In this document: one piece after another, positions 45,489 to 60,916 of the stretch
Numbering within the stretch: the stretch's first letter is position 1
Layout of the letters: every line of letters starts with the position of its first letter
Assembly: GCF_009914755.1 (NCBI RefSeq)
Contig: NC_060931.1
DNA: 64,000 nucleotides
From: the human T2T-CHM13v2.0 reference genome, Homo sapiens
Direction: 5' to 3' (one strand)
The notes under the pieces: model-generated
Told to the model about the DNA's origin: nothing
Databases searched by the model: none
The model's input: the letters and a program-made list of their open reading frames with translations, nothing else
Program-made: the position numbers and the translations under genes

Positions 45489-46732
45489 GTTTAGATAATC
45501 ACAAGTTGACTTATCTGGTTATTTTTCCTATTTGCTTTTATTCTGATATTTCCTAAAGGTGCAAGAGTAGGTTGTCTAAGAATCTACATATCCAGTGTGT
45601 GTTTCAAAGGAAAGTTTAGAGATAACAGCAGAGAAAACGCAGTGGACAGTTTGATAATTTTTACACACTGTAAGCTACATACTTCCAAACATAAATTATT
45701 AGATTTATTAAATATTCAGTCAATATGAATCTTCTCTTGGAACTTGCCAGACTATCTCCCTCATTCTTTACAAAGATGTCAGATGGAGCCTGAAGTTTTG
45801 TTGGAGTCACCTGGATGACACCAACATTCTCCAGATACCAATTCTGACTCTAGGTTGACTGCTTAATTCATCTCTTTTTCTGTCTTCTTAATTTTCTTGC
45901 TTTCTTGTTCGTTGTATTGTTGTTGTTTTATTTTAAACTTTGTTCTCATACCAACCCTATTAGGAATTTATGAGAATTACATAACTGGACAAAGGTTTAA
46001 ATCTGACCTACCTTAGGGCCACCTGATATGATTTTTCAGTCAATAATAGCTAACATTTATTGGGCATTTATTTTAAGCAAAGGGTAATTTACACACATTG
46101 TCTCCTTTAAATAACCACCTTTTACAAATGTGGAAATTAAAGCTTATAGAGATTAAATAACTTACTCAAGGTCGTATACTAGCCCACAAAATTTGGGTTC
46201 AAACCCAAGTCTAGGTTGAGAGCTTTGTCTCAAATACTGTACTGTTTGGGTTGATACATATATAGATGAAGTGTATTGGGTTGTAGACACCTAATGGGCA
46301 AGGCTTTGTAGTCATTGAATGCCCTAGAGGTATGTTTCCGAGTATGAGCCACACAAAAAATTACAGTGAGAAAATGAGGAAGAGAAAGCAGATGTTGGAG
46401 AAGGAGATTTCTCCTTGTATAGCTGCTCCTTTGATTTGAAGAAATCTCAGTAATTTTATCCGCTAAAGAGTGTGAGAGAATATTGTTTCATTTAAAAATA
46501 CTTTCCACAGTTTCACTTGGTTTCACCAATTTCAATTGGTTTTAAATCATTAGGATGTCTAAGTAAACTATTGATTTCTTCCACAGGTCTAGTACATTAG
46601 GTTCCTCTGCTTTACCTTGCCATCTTTAATGTTTGTATTCTTTTAAAATTAGCTGGTCCTTTATAAGTATGTAAATATTGTAGCTAGCAATGTGCTGTTT
46701 ATTAACAATACCTGTTTCCACTACTTTTTTAG

Positions 46733-46936
46733 GGTCCTGGTTGCTGCTCTGATCTTGCAGTTTCTTTTCACTATGTTGATTCTACAACCATGTATGAGTT
46801 AGAATACCTCGTTTATCATCTTCGTCCATATGGTTATTTATACAGATATCAACCTACCTTACCTGAACGTATACTAAAGGAAATTAGTCAAGCAAACAAA
46901 AATGAAGATACAAAAGTGAAGTTAGGAAATCCTTGA
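46733..46936 (+). CDS. C1GALT1: C1GALT1 last coding exon, codons 297-363 plus stop (missed by the ORF track)
   Basis: Acceptor ctacttttttag|GGT. Reads [67 protein letters not shown]. 220+668+204 = 1092 nt = 363 aa. Confidence 0.98.
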   Translation, partial: GPGCCSDLAVSFHYVDSTTMYELEYLVYHLRPYGYLYRYQPTLPERILKEISQANKNEDTKVKLGNP

Positions 46937-46975
46937 AAGAAAATCATGAATGAACAAAGGTAATATGTCTAGCAC

Positions 46976-46983
46976 TGCACTGA
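46976..46983 (+). promoter_or_regulatory. miR-148/152 8mer site (TGCACTGA)
   Basis: Exact 8mer seed match 40 nt after the stop codon. Confidence 0.7.
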
Positions 46984-47536
46984 AAAAGGACTTCTGCATT
47001 TCTGACATAGAACACTGGAATCCCAGTGAGGAATTCTAAGTGAACATTCCTTATAGAAACCTTTCACATGAATGACTATAAACTGAAGCTTTAAATGAGC
47101 TGTGAAGTGTGTTAAAATGTGTTTTGATACAGTAATATATAAATATGTCTATATATATGAGGAACTTGTGTTTTTTAAATGGTGGCCAGGTAGAGGAACT
47201 AGAAAAGAGATTTTGTTGCCTGTTTTCTGACCATCTGTGTTATTGTCACTGAGAAACTAAAATAGTAAATTTACTAAAACTACACTGCACCATGTTAGTA
47301 ATAAACAGATCTGCCTTAAAGAAAAGAAAATTTTAGAAAGAAATATTGTTGCTCAGTGTTGTTAATATAGCTCAAGAATTGAGTTTATATTTGCAGTATG
47401 CTATAAATGATACCCCCCTACCACACCCACACACACAGTTTTTGTCTAATGAAAATGTTGCTGTGATTATTTATAATTGGTAGTATTTCTTCCAGAAGAA
47501 GCTAAAATAAGACTGGCACTTACCCTGAAGTGCATT

Positions 47537-47542
47537 AATAAA
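47537..47542 (+). terminator. Proximal polyadenylation signal
   Basis: AATAAA ~600 nt after the stop codon, with U-rich sequence downstream. Confidence 0.55.
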
Positions 47543-48426
47543 ACCACACTTTAAAATTATCATGGGCCTTGACTATATTATATACTTGATTCTAATTAGT
47601 CATCTTTTACGCAATCTCTGTTGTCTCTTTTCTAAATGTGTTTAGCCACTCTTGAATACCATTCTCCACTATTAACATTAATTTACTCAAACCGTTCATA
47701 GCATTCTGTAAACATGTATTTTACATATTTGTTCCCAAATTTGCCCATTGTTCATTATGGGTAACTAATAATAAATTTAATGCTGTTTCAGGATGCTTTT
47801 CTTATAACAGTGCCACTCTCAGGAATTACTAAGTGACATTTTAAATTGATATTTTAAACTCTTTCCAACTACATAGTTATGGTTTATTTCATTCTCATCC
47901 TGTTGGGATGAGAACTTGTTTGTGCCTTTCATAACTTGTTTAAAGCAGAGTTTTAAAATTAGTTTATAGGATCTGAGGTGGCTATTAGTTACAGTGGCAA
48001 GATTATTTAGAAAGCAAGATTTTGATGAGAATTAAAAACAATAGAAAATGTAGAGTGCTTAAACAAAAATGTTATATTTTGAAAGAGTAGATACTTAATT
48101 TATAAATAACAGTCTGAAGGTTGGTGCTATTTTGGGATAATTGTTTTGCTAATGGATAATTCTAACAATGCAGAATACCTAGTCAAGACTGTCATCAAAA
48201 ACATTCACAAATGTTTCATTCTATTTTTAGTGACTCTGTTTAAAGAGTTTCTGAAAGGAAAGAAATTTTTTATTTTTATTATCTTTAGCAGTACTGAGTG
48301 TCATAGCAGAATATTTTACAGACTTTCTATGAGATTATTTTTATGGTACAAAGTATTTACATTTCCCTCATGTTTATCATTATGCCAATTTTACATGGCA
48401 GTCATGCCACTGACTCTGCTATTTAG

Positions 48427-48726
<300 letters not shown>

Positions 48727-48994
48727 TGACCTCTTTGAATGGTATATTTGAGAGGATGTTCATTTCATTGGTTAACCATGGACTACTCTGTCCACGTAGT
48801 GAAAACATGCACCAGTTTTTACCTATTATCATGGTAGTATCATCTGCCAAAATTTCAAGGCATTCATTTTATTCTTTGAACAACTCTTCACCATGGTGTG
48901 GACATGAATTTTCATATGTGTTACTTGACTAGAAGTATAAATGGTTTACTATAGATATCCAAAAACCTTGAGATTTGCTCATAGGAAATGAATA

Positions 48995-49495
48995 TTGTGA
49001 TGAATCCTGGGCTCTAGAGTCAGACTTGCTTGGGTTTAAATTCTTGCTCTAACACTTACTGTTTTTGTAACCTTGAGCAATTTTAATCTCTCTGTGTCTC
49101 AATTTCCTCATCTTTTAATTAGGGATGATAATACTACCTACCTCACAGGATTTTTATGAGGATTAAATAAATGTAAGGTTTTTAGAACATTGATAGGGAG
49201 CAATAAATAGAAGATTGTATTATTATTCTGTTACCTTGGAGTGTAAGTACTGCATTTAAGTGAATGAAAAATTTGCTTTGACCAGGTACTGAAGGAAATA
49301 AGTAATAGCTAGTATTTATCCAATGCCAACTGTATGCTAGGTACTGTGCTTAGATAATCTGTGTATAATAGTGTTAATCCTCAAAATTTGGGTGTTATAC
49401 CCCTATTATAGATAAGGAAACTGAGGCTCAGAGACAAAGTAACTTTGTCACTGTCACAAAGCTAGTAAGTAACAGAGGTAGGATTTATATTCAAA
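48995..49495. mobile_element. Two MIR elements in opposite orientation
   Basis: ggctctagagtcagac..ctcaatttcctcatct (+) and agataaggaaactgaggctcagaga (-). Confidence 0.75.
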
Positions 49496-49622
49496 ACCCT
49501 GTGTGTTCATTGGAACCGTATCAGGCTTGGGGCTATTCATGTAGCATTATTTCCATTTTTATGTATATGATATATGACGTCTGATGCATTGGCCAGTAAT
49601 AGTCAAATTAACCCAGCCAAAT

Positions 49623-49960
49623 TGTCACAGTGATTCTTAAACTGTGGTTCTCACACTTGCCCAGGATGTTGTTAAATGCAGATCTGAAGACCCCAATCTC
49701 AGAAATTCAAATTTAAGCATGGGGCCCAAGAGTATGCATTCTTACCAGATACCTTGGGCAGTGACTGTCAAAAGTCTGGTCCCAACAAACAGCATTAACG
49801 TCACCTGGGAACTTGTTGGAAATGCAGCCTCTCTCGGGGCCTCATCTCAGATCAGATCTACTAAATCAGATACTCTAGGGGCAGGGGCAGGGGCAGGGGC
49901 TAGCAGTTGTGTTTAAGCAAACTCTGCAGGTGTCTTTCTTATCCTAGTTTGAGAACCAAT
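49623..49960. mobile_element. MER5A-type hAT MITE fragments (nested)
   Basis: cagtgattcttaaact, agcattaacgtcacctgggaacttgttggaaatgcag, tttgagaacca. Confidence 0.7.
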
Positions 49961-51805
49961 ACCCAACAACCTACGTGATTTTGGTGCAAGTAGTGTTTGA
50001 AACACACTGAAGATTACTGCCCAATTACTAAGACATTTTTCAAAAAGCATGTTTTAAATCAGTGTAGTCCAGGATCACACTATATTAAATATAAAGATAA
50101 CTTAAAGGATCATTGGATCATTCATTTTGGCCAAATTTTTAGCTTCTCCAAAGTGACTAACATCAGGGCCTACAATAAAATCTGTAATTCTCCAAGTTTA
50201 GTAATTTTATATTGAGGCAGGAAGGGCTCATTAAGTACTAATAAGTACATAATTTATTAAAAACATACATAAGTGTCATCAAAAAGGTCCACAATTGTTA
50301 GTAAAAAAAATTAAATTGAAGTAGTAAATGCTGTTTTATAACATACATTTTTCTGCTAATTCATTCTGTTTTGTGTGACCTAATAAAGCAAAAGAAAAAT
50401 AAAAAAGCAATTCTCCAAGTACTTCATAGAGCACATAAAACCAGATTTCATGATGATGATGTATTCACTATCTTTTAGATTAAGATCTTTGTTATTTGGT
50501 AAATGATTTCAGTATGGTTTTAAAACATAAGGCTTTTGATGTCTTATGTTCTCTAATAATGGTATGCTTGTATTTTCTAGTGGGAAGTTCATAGATAAAG
50601 CAGATTTTTGTCCCAGTTTGCTTTCAAATATAAATTTCAGAGGGCTTTTTCTTACTGTAATGAGGTATGAAAATAAATCATTGATCAGCTCTTAATATTT
50701 TTTGAATACAGAATTGGATTTGAGCAGTAAATTTGCTAACTGGTTATTTTCACAATTTTCTTGAATATTAATTTTTCACTTCTTTGAGACTGTCAAACTA
50801 TAGTTACTACCAGGTTGATGCACTGTACTTGAAAGAATCCCTTGATTAAATTACATCTAGCATTTTATTTGCCATTTCAATTTTCAGTTCATTAGACTAT
50901 AATTCTTTGACAGTTTCTGCCTGGTGTTTATTGCCCTTCTTTGTTTGCTTTATTACTAACTTCCATTTTCTAGTTACTCTTAAATGCTGCCTTCACAAGG
51001 TTAATTTGGCTGTTAATAGTGATTAGAATTTTTATCACTTAATTGATAATTTTAAGCCTACTAACTAGGGTTCCCTATGAAATTGAAAGTAAAAGTCTAA
51101 GAATAATGCCTGCTGGCTCTCGAGATACTTGCCCTACTTAAAAATCTATAATTTAAAATTAATTCTATGTCTACAATTATTAAAGGAAGTAAAGTTATTT
51201 GGGTTCTTCCACTCACCCTTTTCTCAAAAACAACAACAAAAAACAAAACTCATTTTATTTTTCTACTTTATAGTAGGCCTGACAGAAACATAGTGAAGCA
51301 ATCTGGGAGGCAACCTGTGGTAGATTTTATGCTAAATGTTAATGTAACCTCTGTTGATTTTTTAAAAATGTGTTTATATATAAGATTTGAAATAAAAACT
51401 TTAATACAGGCTAGAATAAGGAATTTTACAAATTCTCTTTAGAGCAACCAACATTAAAGTTTTAGAGTTGAATTTTGCTCTATTTCAACTCCCTTACCTC
51501 TCTAGTTTTCAGTTTATATTAAGTTTTAATAACTTTGCGGGGCCCTGCAAATTAATAATCTACATGAAGTATATTATTAGAGGGAAACTAATCTTACTGC
51601 TAAGCAGTGTGTTGTACTACATAGTGAATGTTCGTGTTTTGGAATTTAAAAATTATTTAAGGTAATGGTGTTACGAATGGTTTAAAAATGTCTGGTGACT
51701 TGCTTATTTTTAAGTGATCACCATTAAGTCAGAAAAATGTATTTTTAAATGTTTCTTGAAGTGCCTTTTGAACATTTTTAAACAGCGGATTTAAATAATG
51801 CATAA

Positions 51806-51811
51806 AATAAA
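51806..51811 (+). terminator. Distal polyadenylation signal
   Basis: AATAAA with upstream TGTA/U-rich elements, CA ~11 nt downstream and a GU-rich gttgtttc downstream element. Confidence 0.65.
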
Positions 51812-54262
51812 TTGCCATGTTCAAAGTTGTTTCATCTGATTATTTTTAACCAATATAAAAGTTGTGAGATAAATGTTGTCTTTTATGGGTAGTTTGGGGT
51901 TATTTTTCCAAAAGTTTAAAATTGTTTTCCCATCAAAGCTATTTAGTTTGAATTGGCTTTCATAAGTTTTACTGCAATATATGTATTATTTACTTTAAAG
52001 CAACAAAATATTCCACCTCTGACTGAGAATAATATACTGTAAAAAAATTAGAAACACTGTAGTCTAGGTAAGTGTGTCTAGATGGGTGGGGGTGGAAGAG
52101 GGGAGAGAATCTCATATATTTAGAGAGAGATTGCTTCTGTGCTCCTTGGTATATTTTGATCTATCTCATACACTGAGAAATTAGTTTATTCAACAAATAC
52201 TTATGCCAGGCATCTGCTAGAAATACAGTGGTGAGCAAGACATACAGGATGTCTTAATTCTAGAGTTAGAAAATAAGCTAGTAGATGAATAAACAAAGTA
52301 TTTCATAGAGTGGTATTAGGAAAATAAAAATATTATCAGAACAATTTTCTGGATGGGGTATTAAGGAAGACTAGGAAGTAACATTTGAGCAGAGACTTGA
52401 ATGTTGAATAACAGACATTTTATATACTTCAGAAGTTACTTTTATCTATGAAATTATTTGCTCCAACTATGTGTTAAAAAAAAAAAAACTTTCCACCCTT
52501 GCTTAATCATGCTGTAGGTGTAAGTGAAGGCTTACTGAAATGTACACTATAGGCTAAAAAACTTTGTGTTTTTAGGCATACTTCATCCAGAGCTCAGGTG
52601 TATTGATAGATTTGTCTGGGAGTTTCAGAATATGAATAAAAATAGACCTAGTATTTTATCTCTTTCTGGGCAAACAGTTACAAATTCCATAAGGCCCTTG
52701 AGTCTAGCCTATATGTCTTGATTTTTCAGTAATCTGCTACCCAGTATGTTATTAGCATGTGTGTGTGCACACGCAAGCATGCATACACACTGTTATTTGG
52801 ATTAGACAGCTTTAGAAAAGCTGAGGAGATAAATACCACTTCATACTACTTTAGTAGTAGAGTTGTATAATTTAACATATTCAGACAGCTAAATATTTTC
52901 CAACCAGCTGTACTGATAATTGTTAAGTCATTGGAAAGTAGATATATTTACCTAAATATATACAATTAAACCTATTTTAAGTTTTCCAAAGGTATGACTT
53001 CATAGTACTGGAAAGCATACAAGAAGATTCTTGCTGAATTTATCTCCTTGTTAAAGGGAAGTACTCTACAGAGCTCAACATAGTGGTCGTCTTAAAGTCT
53101 AATAATGCTGACAATATGGATTGTTCAAGGGAAATTTTTTTAGTGGTTAAGAATGAACTAACATTTAACTACTAAAGTTGAATGAGTTCAGCAACATTGG
53201 CATTCTCCAGATGCATCTGTATTAGTAAAACAGAAGTGAACTTTGTTTTGCCATGAGTTTATTACTAATTAACGCATTTTGTATTGCTGCCTAGAACTTA
53301 AAACTGTCTCTGTGTTGCATTTCTTCTACAAAATGTGCTAGTGTTTCTTGTATTATTATCAATATTGCTTTTCTCCAGGACTGAAAATTTGTCCAGGGCA
53401 TTATATACTTTCTTATATATTGCCCCTGTATAGTGCAGGTTAATACAACAGCTTACTTTGAAATAACAAAATACTCATATTTTAAAAAATGAGATTCAAT
53501 CCTAGAACTTAGGCTCTTTGGCTTTTCTAATGAATGCCTAGTGAAAGATTAACAGTACTTCATTTCTAGAACTGCCGAATGATGTGCTATCGTAGAACTA
53601 ATTTGGGTACAGTGTCTTCATTTTTACAACTAATCAGTTTTTGACTTTCATAAGCTTCAATTTTTTTTCATAGAACTACCTAAACTGCATTGTCTCCCCT
53701 TCTATACCTCTAACAGTTCATTCTTATTAATTTTCTTGTCTAATTGTTAGATTGTGGAAAGGTGGTGATAAAATCCAGAACATAGGTTTGGAAGAGAAGT
53801 AATATGCAACTTTTCCTTTAGTTCTACACATGACTCTCTTCCTTGTTTTTATACTTTTTGGTGGGGTGTGGGTAGGTGAGTGTGGGTATGTATATGTCAG
53901 AGACAAAGAAAAAGGATGGTTATGATTATATTTTAATAACTGGATTTTTAATGTAATTGAAGTATTAAAACCACTGCATTTTCATGTTGATTAGGTTTAT
54001 ATAATAAGTGGTTTATTTGATGAAGTGAAGGTAACTATGTGTTTAGAATAATTGGCCACAGATATAATTCCTGATTTTTAAAGTAATTTTTACAAACCTA
54101 CTTGCCTGACGGAATTTCTCTCTTTTTTGGCCTTTGAATTTATAGCTCTTGGAACCTTCTCCTACTCATCTCTCATTCCATGTTTTTTTCTTTTACCCTT
54201 TCTTTTTCTTCTGATTGGCAGCAGCAAGTCTTTAGTTTCTTAAGACTTTTTATTGCCCCCAT

Positions 54263-54379
54263 TCTTTTTTTTTTTTTTTAAGTAGGGACAGGGTCATATT
54301 GTGTTGCCCAGGCTGGTCTTTAAACAGTTTGGCCTCCCAGAGTGTTGGGATTATATGCATGAGCCACCATGCCCGGCTG
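54263..54379 (-). mobile_element. FLAM Alu monomer
   Basis: T tract followed by a single Alu arm ending gagccaccatgcccggc. Confidence 0.8.
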
Positions 54380-57355
54380 CCTCTATTTTCTATCAAAATG
54401 GATGTGTTTAAGACTTTTTAAAAAATTGTGTATCTTTTGTGAACCTCAGTTCCCTCTCACCAGCCTAGAAGTTGCTGAAAGAAAGAAGAGATAGCACTCA
54501 AAGAATCGATGCCCACATTATCCTGCAGTTTCCTCTTTCTTAAGGAAATGTTTCCTTCTAGAACCTACTCAGTGAAAATATGGGTGCTTAAATACCTGAA
54601 AACCAGTGGGGAGAAAAACTTAATCTTTATAGATAAAAGATTTCAGTGTTCAGTATTAAGGCAGTCCTCTCTCACATCTTAAAAATGGTCACTATGACCT
54701 GTTGAATAAAATGAATATAACCTCAGATTATGTGACCTTCCACAGCCTGACCTAGCATGTATTCCCTTTTTAAAAAATTGCTATTCCTTACCTAAACGCC
54801 AGACAATTTAGCTCCAAATCATTTAACCAACATTTGAGTGCCTACTAAAAGTATTGAGCTAGATAATAGGGATAAAGTGGCAAATTATATTTGTTGCTGT
54901 CAAGGAACTCACCTTCTATTAGAAGCAAAGTACCCAAAAAAGTAGTTGTGTGCAGTAGAGTTATACTCTCAGGCAGTGTGCTAATTGTTTTACATTGCAT
55001 TATCCCATGTAATTCTTACTACAATCCTGGTGGATGGATTATACTATCCACTGTTTCAGGCTTCTACTGGGGATCTTGGTATGTATCCCCCCGTGGTTAA
55101 GGGGGAACTACTGTATTTTGTTAACCTCCAGCACTTTACACAAAAGGGGAACTGAAAGTACCAGATGCTACATAGAAGAAAGAATGGAGTGTGTGAAGCA
55201 AGAGACTCTTCTCGAAAGGGGCCAATTTAAATCATTTCATTTCCATATGCAGCCATAACCATGTAAAAACTTCCATCCACATCATTCAATGGCTTTTATA
55301 CTCTTAATTCATATTGCTAAGAAAACTTCTGGCTTATTCTTCTTGTTAAAGTTTATGAAGTGTCCTGATATGGAGGGGGGAAAATGCCATTTCTATGACA
55401 TAAGCCCATTAACCCACCCAAGTTGTCAGAATCAAGAGGAGGTGTTTGAGAAATTGTTTCCTCTTTTTAAACATTTAACATTTTTCTTTTGTGTTAGTTT
55501 TTCTTCAAAACGTACAAAAAAGTACGCATCATTGTATCTTGTGTATTTACTACCAGCTTTTACTAGATAAGTCATCTTTCCATTGAAAAAGTGATAAGCT
55601 CCATTATTTTAAAAAAAACTTAAACATTCATTGCAGATGACCATTTCAAAGATGAAAATTTTTAAAGGACCCCAAACCCCACCACCCCCCAAAGTAATTC
55701 CAATTAATGCATAAATATAAATTGGATAGGAAGCTAAATAGATAGAAATGGTTTTATTAAAGTGAGATCGTGTAACAAATGCTAATTTTAACATTATAAT
55801 TTCAAAAAAATACAGTTGCTCTTGATGTGGCCAAAATCTGCAAATTGTCCTGGGGGCAGGGAGAGGGGAATGTCATCTTAGCAGCAACAAAATTGAGTGA
55901 TTTCTTTGGGAGGGGGAGATGGAGAGAGGAAGAACGGACTGGACTTAGGCTTCTCTGTAGCAACATTCAGTGCTAAAGCAGAGTGAAGCAAACTCTACCA
56001 GATTCTTGGGGGAGGAAGAAGCCAAGTGATTTCAAATGGAAGGGTAAATTGAAAGAGTGAGGGTGGACACTTCTTGAAAAATCTAGATGATGAAGCCCAT
56101 CTAAAGAGATAAATGGACAAACATTGAGAACAGGACTGGTGGTGGTTAATTATTTAACTATGTAGCTATAGAATTATTTAAATAAGGCTATGGAAGCATA
56201 TTGAAATGTTATAAATCTTGATATAGAAAAGATGATTAACAAGTTAGAAAATAGAATATCAAAGACGAGGTAATATATACATGCCCTAATTGGTTTTACT
56301 TTTCAGAATAGAAATTTTGTAAAATTGATAATATATCAAGAAATAGGGATGTAATATTCTGAATAGTTATGAAGGTAATCACCAAAACTGTAAGCCTGAT
56401 AACTATTAAAATGAAAACACAAAATTAAAGATAACACAGGCCATATAAGAGAGCTAAAGGGAGAATTTACAATAGATGACAGAATTAAGACCAAACATAG
56501 ATATGATGTCAAATAAGGAAAAATATGATTTAACTTATAAATGTATGAATATACAAAAACTGTTGGCAGTACCTTTGGGGAAGGGTACTAGGATTGGAAA
56601 GAAATTCAATAATTCACTGTTTTCCTTTTTGAACTTTTAAAAAATCATGTTTATACTGTCACAGTTTAGAGAAGTAAAGTGGGAAAAAAAAGCTGTTGGC
56701 CCTGGCTCCCTAGGGTTTTTACAACCAGTGGTGAAGAATGTCCACAGACATTCTTAAGCAGCAGTAGAGGTAAGCAGGTACACACATGAGCTGGAAAGAT
56801 CTCAAAGCTGATTTGGATTCTTTTATCTTGCCATAAGAAATTACTTTCTTCAATCAAGGGTATAAAGACTGCTGAACTAGTTCATAATGAGGGTAGATGA
56901 AGGAGGTATCCATCTTCAAGAGTGGTAAATAGTTGACCCATACAAAGGACCAGCAGCCTCATGTGGACCCGTCTTAGCATCCTTCTCTCCTTCTACTCCA
57001 AGGGTGAAGAGTACTCGGAAGTTACTATTTATTCTCAAATCCTTGTGTCAGATTATTTTCATATCTTTCTTAGATCTGTTCTGGCTTAAGTCTTATTCTC
57101 TTATTCATGGAAATAGAAGACACTGAGCCCTTTCCCACATAAAAATATAGGACTACTGATTTCTAGAGCTTAAAGATGTTCTAACGCCTCGTTTGAAAGA
57201 TTCAGAAACAGATCTAGAGATGTTAAAGTTTAGAAAAATGACACAAATAATGCCAGAAGTGGCAACAGAACTCAATTTTCCTGACTCCCAGGTTAGTGGT
57301 CTTTGTACTAAATGCAATTTCTTATCTTCCCTGAACAACCTGAGCTATGTACTTT

Positions 57356-57622
57356 AACAAAATTTTTTGTGGGTACATAGTAGGTGTACGTATTTATAGG
57401 GTTCATGAGACACTTTGATACAGCCATGCAACAAGTAATAATCACATCATAGAAAATGGAGTATCCATCCCCTCAAATATTTATCCTTTGTGTTACAAAC
57501 AATCCAATTATACTCTTTTAGTTATTTTTAAATACACAATTAAATTATTGACTATAGTCACCCTATTGTGCTATCAAATACTAGATCTTATTCATTCTTT
57601 CTGTTTTTCTTTGACCCATTGT
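57356..57622 (-). mobile_element. L1MA 3'-end fragment
   Basis: gtgggtacatagtaggtgta..tttatcctttgtgttacaaacaatccaattatactcttttag. Confidence 0.85.
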
Positions 57623-57787
57623 ACTGCTAGATAGAACTCACATATTTGGTCCCTGCCTTTTCCCACCATTTGCAAATAGATTCTAGGAACGATCCTAATA
57701 GTTGCCAGGCACTGTTATCAGAGATCAAATCTGTCTTGTTTCCAATTGTGCCTGGGACATAATAGGATTTTTTTTTTTAAATAACAA

Positions 57788-57893
57788 AGCCATGTGTAGT
57801 GCTGCATGCCTGTTGTCCTAGCTACCCAGAAGGCTGAAGCTCAGGAGTTCAAGTCCACCCTGGGCAACAAGACTCCATCTCCACAACAAAAAA
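57788..57893 (+). mobile_element. Degenerate FLAM Alu monomer
   Basis: atgcctgt.gtcctagctac..aggagttcaag.ccaccctgggcaaca. Confidence 0.7.
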
Positions 57894-60800
57894 GTTTAAA
57901 AAGGTTACTATACGATTACTATACATTGTATGTATCAAAATATTACTCTCTCCCCCATAAATATGTACATTATATATCAATTAAAAGGAAGTAAATGGTG
58001 AGCATCCTTTCACTATGAAGAAAAGTTCTCCATATGCCCCCTACTTTCTTCTGTTTCATTTTTATGGAGACCTCTAAACAAAATGCTTTTCTCATAGATA
58101 TGGAGGGACTCCTAAACAGGTTTTCTGCTTGAGAAAATCTTGATTTGAACTCCACGTATCATACACCATCAGGCAAAAAACCTCGCATTTACGTTGGAGA
58201 ATACAGTCCAGAAAAAGAACAAAACCTCAAGTGTGGGCAGAAGATTGTGTGTATTTGCTATTAGGGAGGAGAGCTCAGGTTCCTTTTCTCTACAGTGACC
58301 ATTAGACATTCCAAAGCACTGTCACTTGGTGTAGCTCAGTGCTCTTGGTTACTGAAGCAACAAGTGATCTCTGATGACAAAACAAAGGTAGGGTCGTGCC
58401 TAACACTGGTAAGGAGAAAACTGTGTCGAGTTAGTTAATAATTAATTTACATGTCAAGTTACAAGTTTTCTATCCTAAAATCCAAAAAAAGCAACAGCTC
58501 TTTTTTTTCCTCCAGTCATTAAATCACCCATTCAACAAACTTTCACCAGGCTCATGGTTTGTCAGCTATAGAAGAGAAAGGAGGGCGAAACCTGTGGTTA
58601 AGGCTTGCCTGAAGGATCTCACATTTGGGTTGGGGGCTGACATGCCAGTGAACAAATAGCCTCCTCAGGACTATGATAGAGGTATTTACAAAGAACTATA
58701 AGAGGACTGTATATTAAGTGTTTAGGGATCTGAGAAGTTTCAAAGAAATTGTGGCATTTGAACTGGATTTAAAGAATAAGGCTCAGGTACAACTTCATGT
58801 GAAAGAGTCGATATATTCACAAATTTGCCAAAGCCCAGTTAACTTCAATTCTTCGAGAGTTCCAGTTTTTTCCCAGGTGCAGTCAGTGTACCATTTTTTT
58901 CTGAGACCCACAGCCATTTTCTTTCATTGGCATGTTTTTAGGTTTATTTTTCAATAACTCCAGTACCCCTGAAATTTCCTTCCTTAGATCTTGAATAAAT
59001 ATATTCAAGTTGGGCATTACTGCATGGTTTGAGGATAATGTCTTTCCTGTTAAAAATATTTTTAAGTTTTTATACAAAGGTAATGTATGTGCTTGGTAAA
59101 AGAGAATGAATATAAAATGAAAAGCTATAATCTGCTACAGCCCCACCCAGCAGTCCCTTTGTCCAGCCATAAACAGAAAATAACAGAACTGTACTCATTT
59201 CCAAACTAAACACATCATTCTGCTCCTTGCCTTTTCTGCTTACTGTTTAATAACTTAGAGATAATTCTTTTTAATAGTTAACTAGATCTCTGTATGGATG
59301 TGCCACAATTTTTAAGCCATTCCTCTATTGATAATTGAGTTGGATACTTTTATTATAATTATTGCTGCACTGAACATCCTTGAAATGATTGTGTGGGTAC
59401 AGCCATAGGATAAGTTCCTAGCAAGTAATTGCTGAGATAAAGAATGTATGCATTTAAATATTCATAGATACTGCCAAATTGCCTTCTTAAACTGTACTGT
59501 ACTACCTTATACTACTACTCAACATTTGCGAGTATATTTTCCTGCCCCTTTTACCAAAGTTTTTGATTATTGAACTTACTAGTTTTATCACTGCATTAAT
59601 ATCTGATAATTGTTGATTTGTACTTAAGGTTTGAGTTTTTTTTATACATTGGTAATTTGCATTTCATCTTCGCCAGTTTTTAATATTGAATTACTAGGGT
59701 TTTTAAAAATTTTTATAAACTCTCTGAATATTGGTTTATTTATATGTATTAGAACTGTTATGATTATTTCGTACTTGTTTTTTCCCCACACAAACCAATT
59801 AATCTTTTCTTAGGGCTATTGAATTGTGTGTCTTGCTCACACCAAGGTTTATTTATAATATGCTTATGTTTTCCTCTTACTTTCATAGTTTCATTTTTTG
59901 TGTTTATATTTTTGATCCCTCCAGAATTTATTTTCTTATATGGAGTGAGGTAGGAAAATGGCTACCCGTTTGTTGTAATACACTTTATTTGACGATCCTT
60001 TCTTTCAACATTTATTTTAAATCACCATTACCCCATGATATTTCATTATCGGTTTGTGTATAAACTGTATTCTGGTCTGCTTATCTGCCTATTTCTTGTG
60101 CAGTACATTGTTTTAATGATTTCAGATTCATAACACTTAATAACTGACAGAATGAATTACCTACTTAAACATTTCGTACAGACACTGTGGTGGATTCTGC
60201 TACATATCATGGCATTATGCCATGAATGCTTTCCAGCATTACTGGCAGAAATAGCCACCCTTAAAATATGCCCCTCGTGATCCTCAGCGGTTCCCAGGGT
60301 ACAGTGTAATGTGTACCCAGAAATGGGTTGCCCTCTTGCCCATTCCTGGGCTGCCTCCTAGGGACAGTGACTCCAGTTAACTTGCTGCTTCAGTGGGCAC
60401 TACCATCTTCTGCTGGTGACTTCTGTCATCTTGTTTGACCCTGGGGAAAAGACTTATTTTCCTCTTTGTTGCCCACAGTAGAGACCAGACTTTCCTGACC
60501 GTTCCAGAATAATGAAAGAAAGGGTCCAGATAGTACTTTATGAGAGCGGCCAAGCTCCAGTGGAATCCTCTCCACCCTTACCAGGCTACTGCTCTGCCCT
60601 CTTTGCTACCTGTTTCCAGGTCACCAAAGGTAGTTCAGCTACCCCACTAGAAACCTTCAGTTATCAGCACTTCTTTAGAATTGGAGCCAAATTGACATCT
60701 GCACTAAAAGAAATGAGGAAGGTTTCCACTCACCTAACACTCTGGACACCCTCCTCCCAAAATTCCTGCTGAACCAACCTCTCCCCTGGGAAACTGGCAG

Positions 60801-60916
60801 TGAAAACATTTAGTCTTTTCAGAGGAAATTACACCTTTACTCAGAGAAACGTGGTCTGGATTTTGGATCTGCAGCCCCAGTAAGAGAATTGCCTAATGAT
60901 CTGGTATCAGTTAGTA

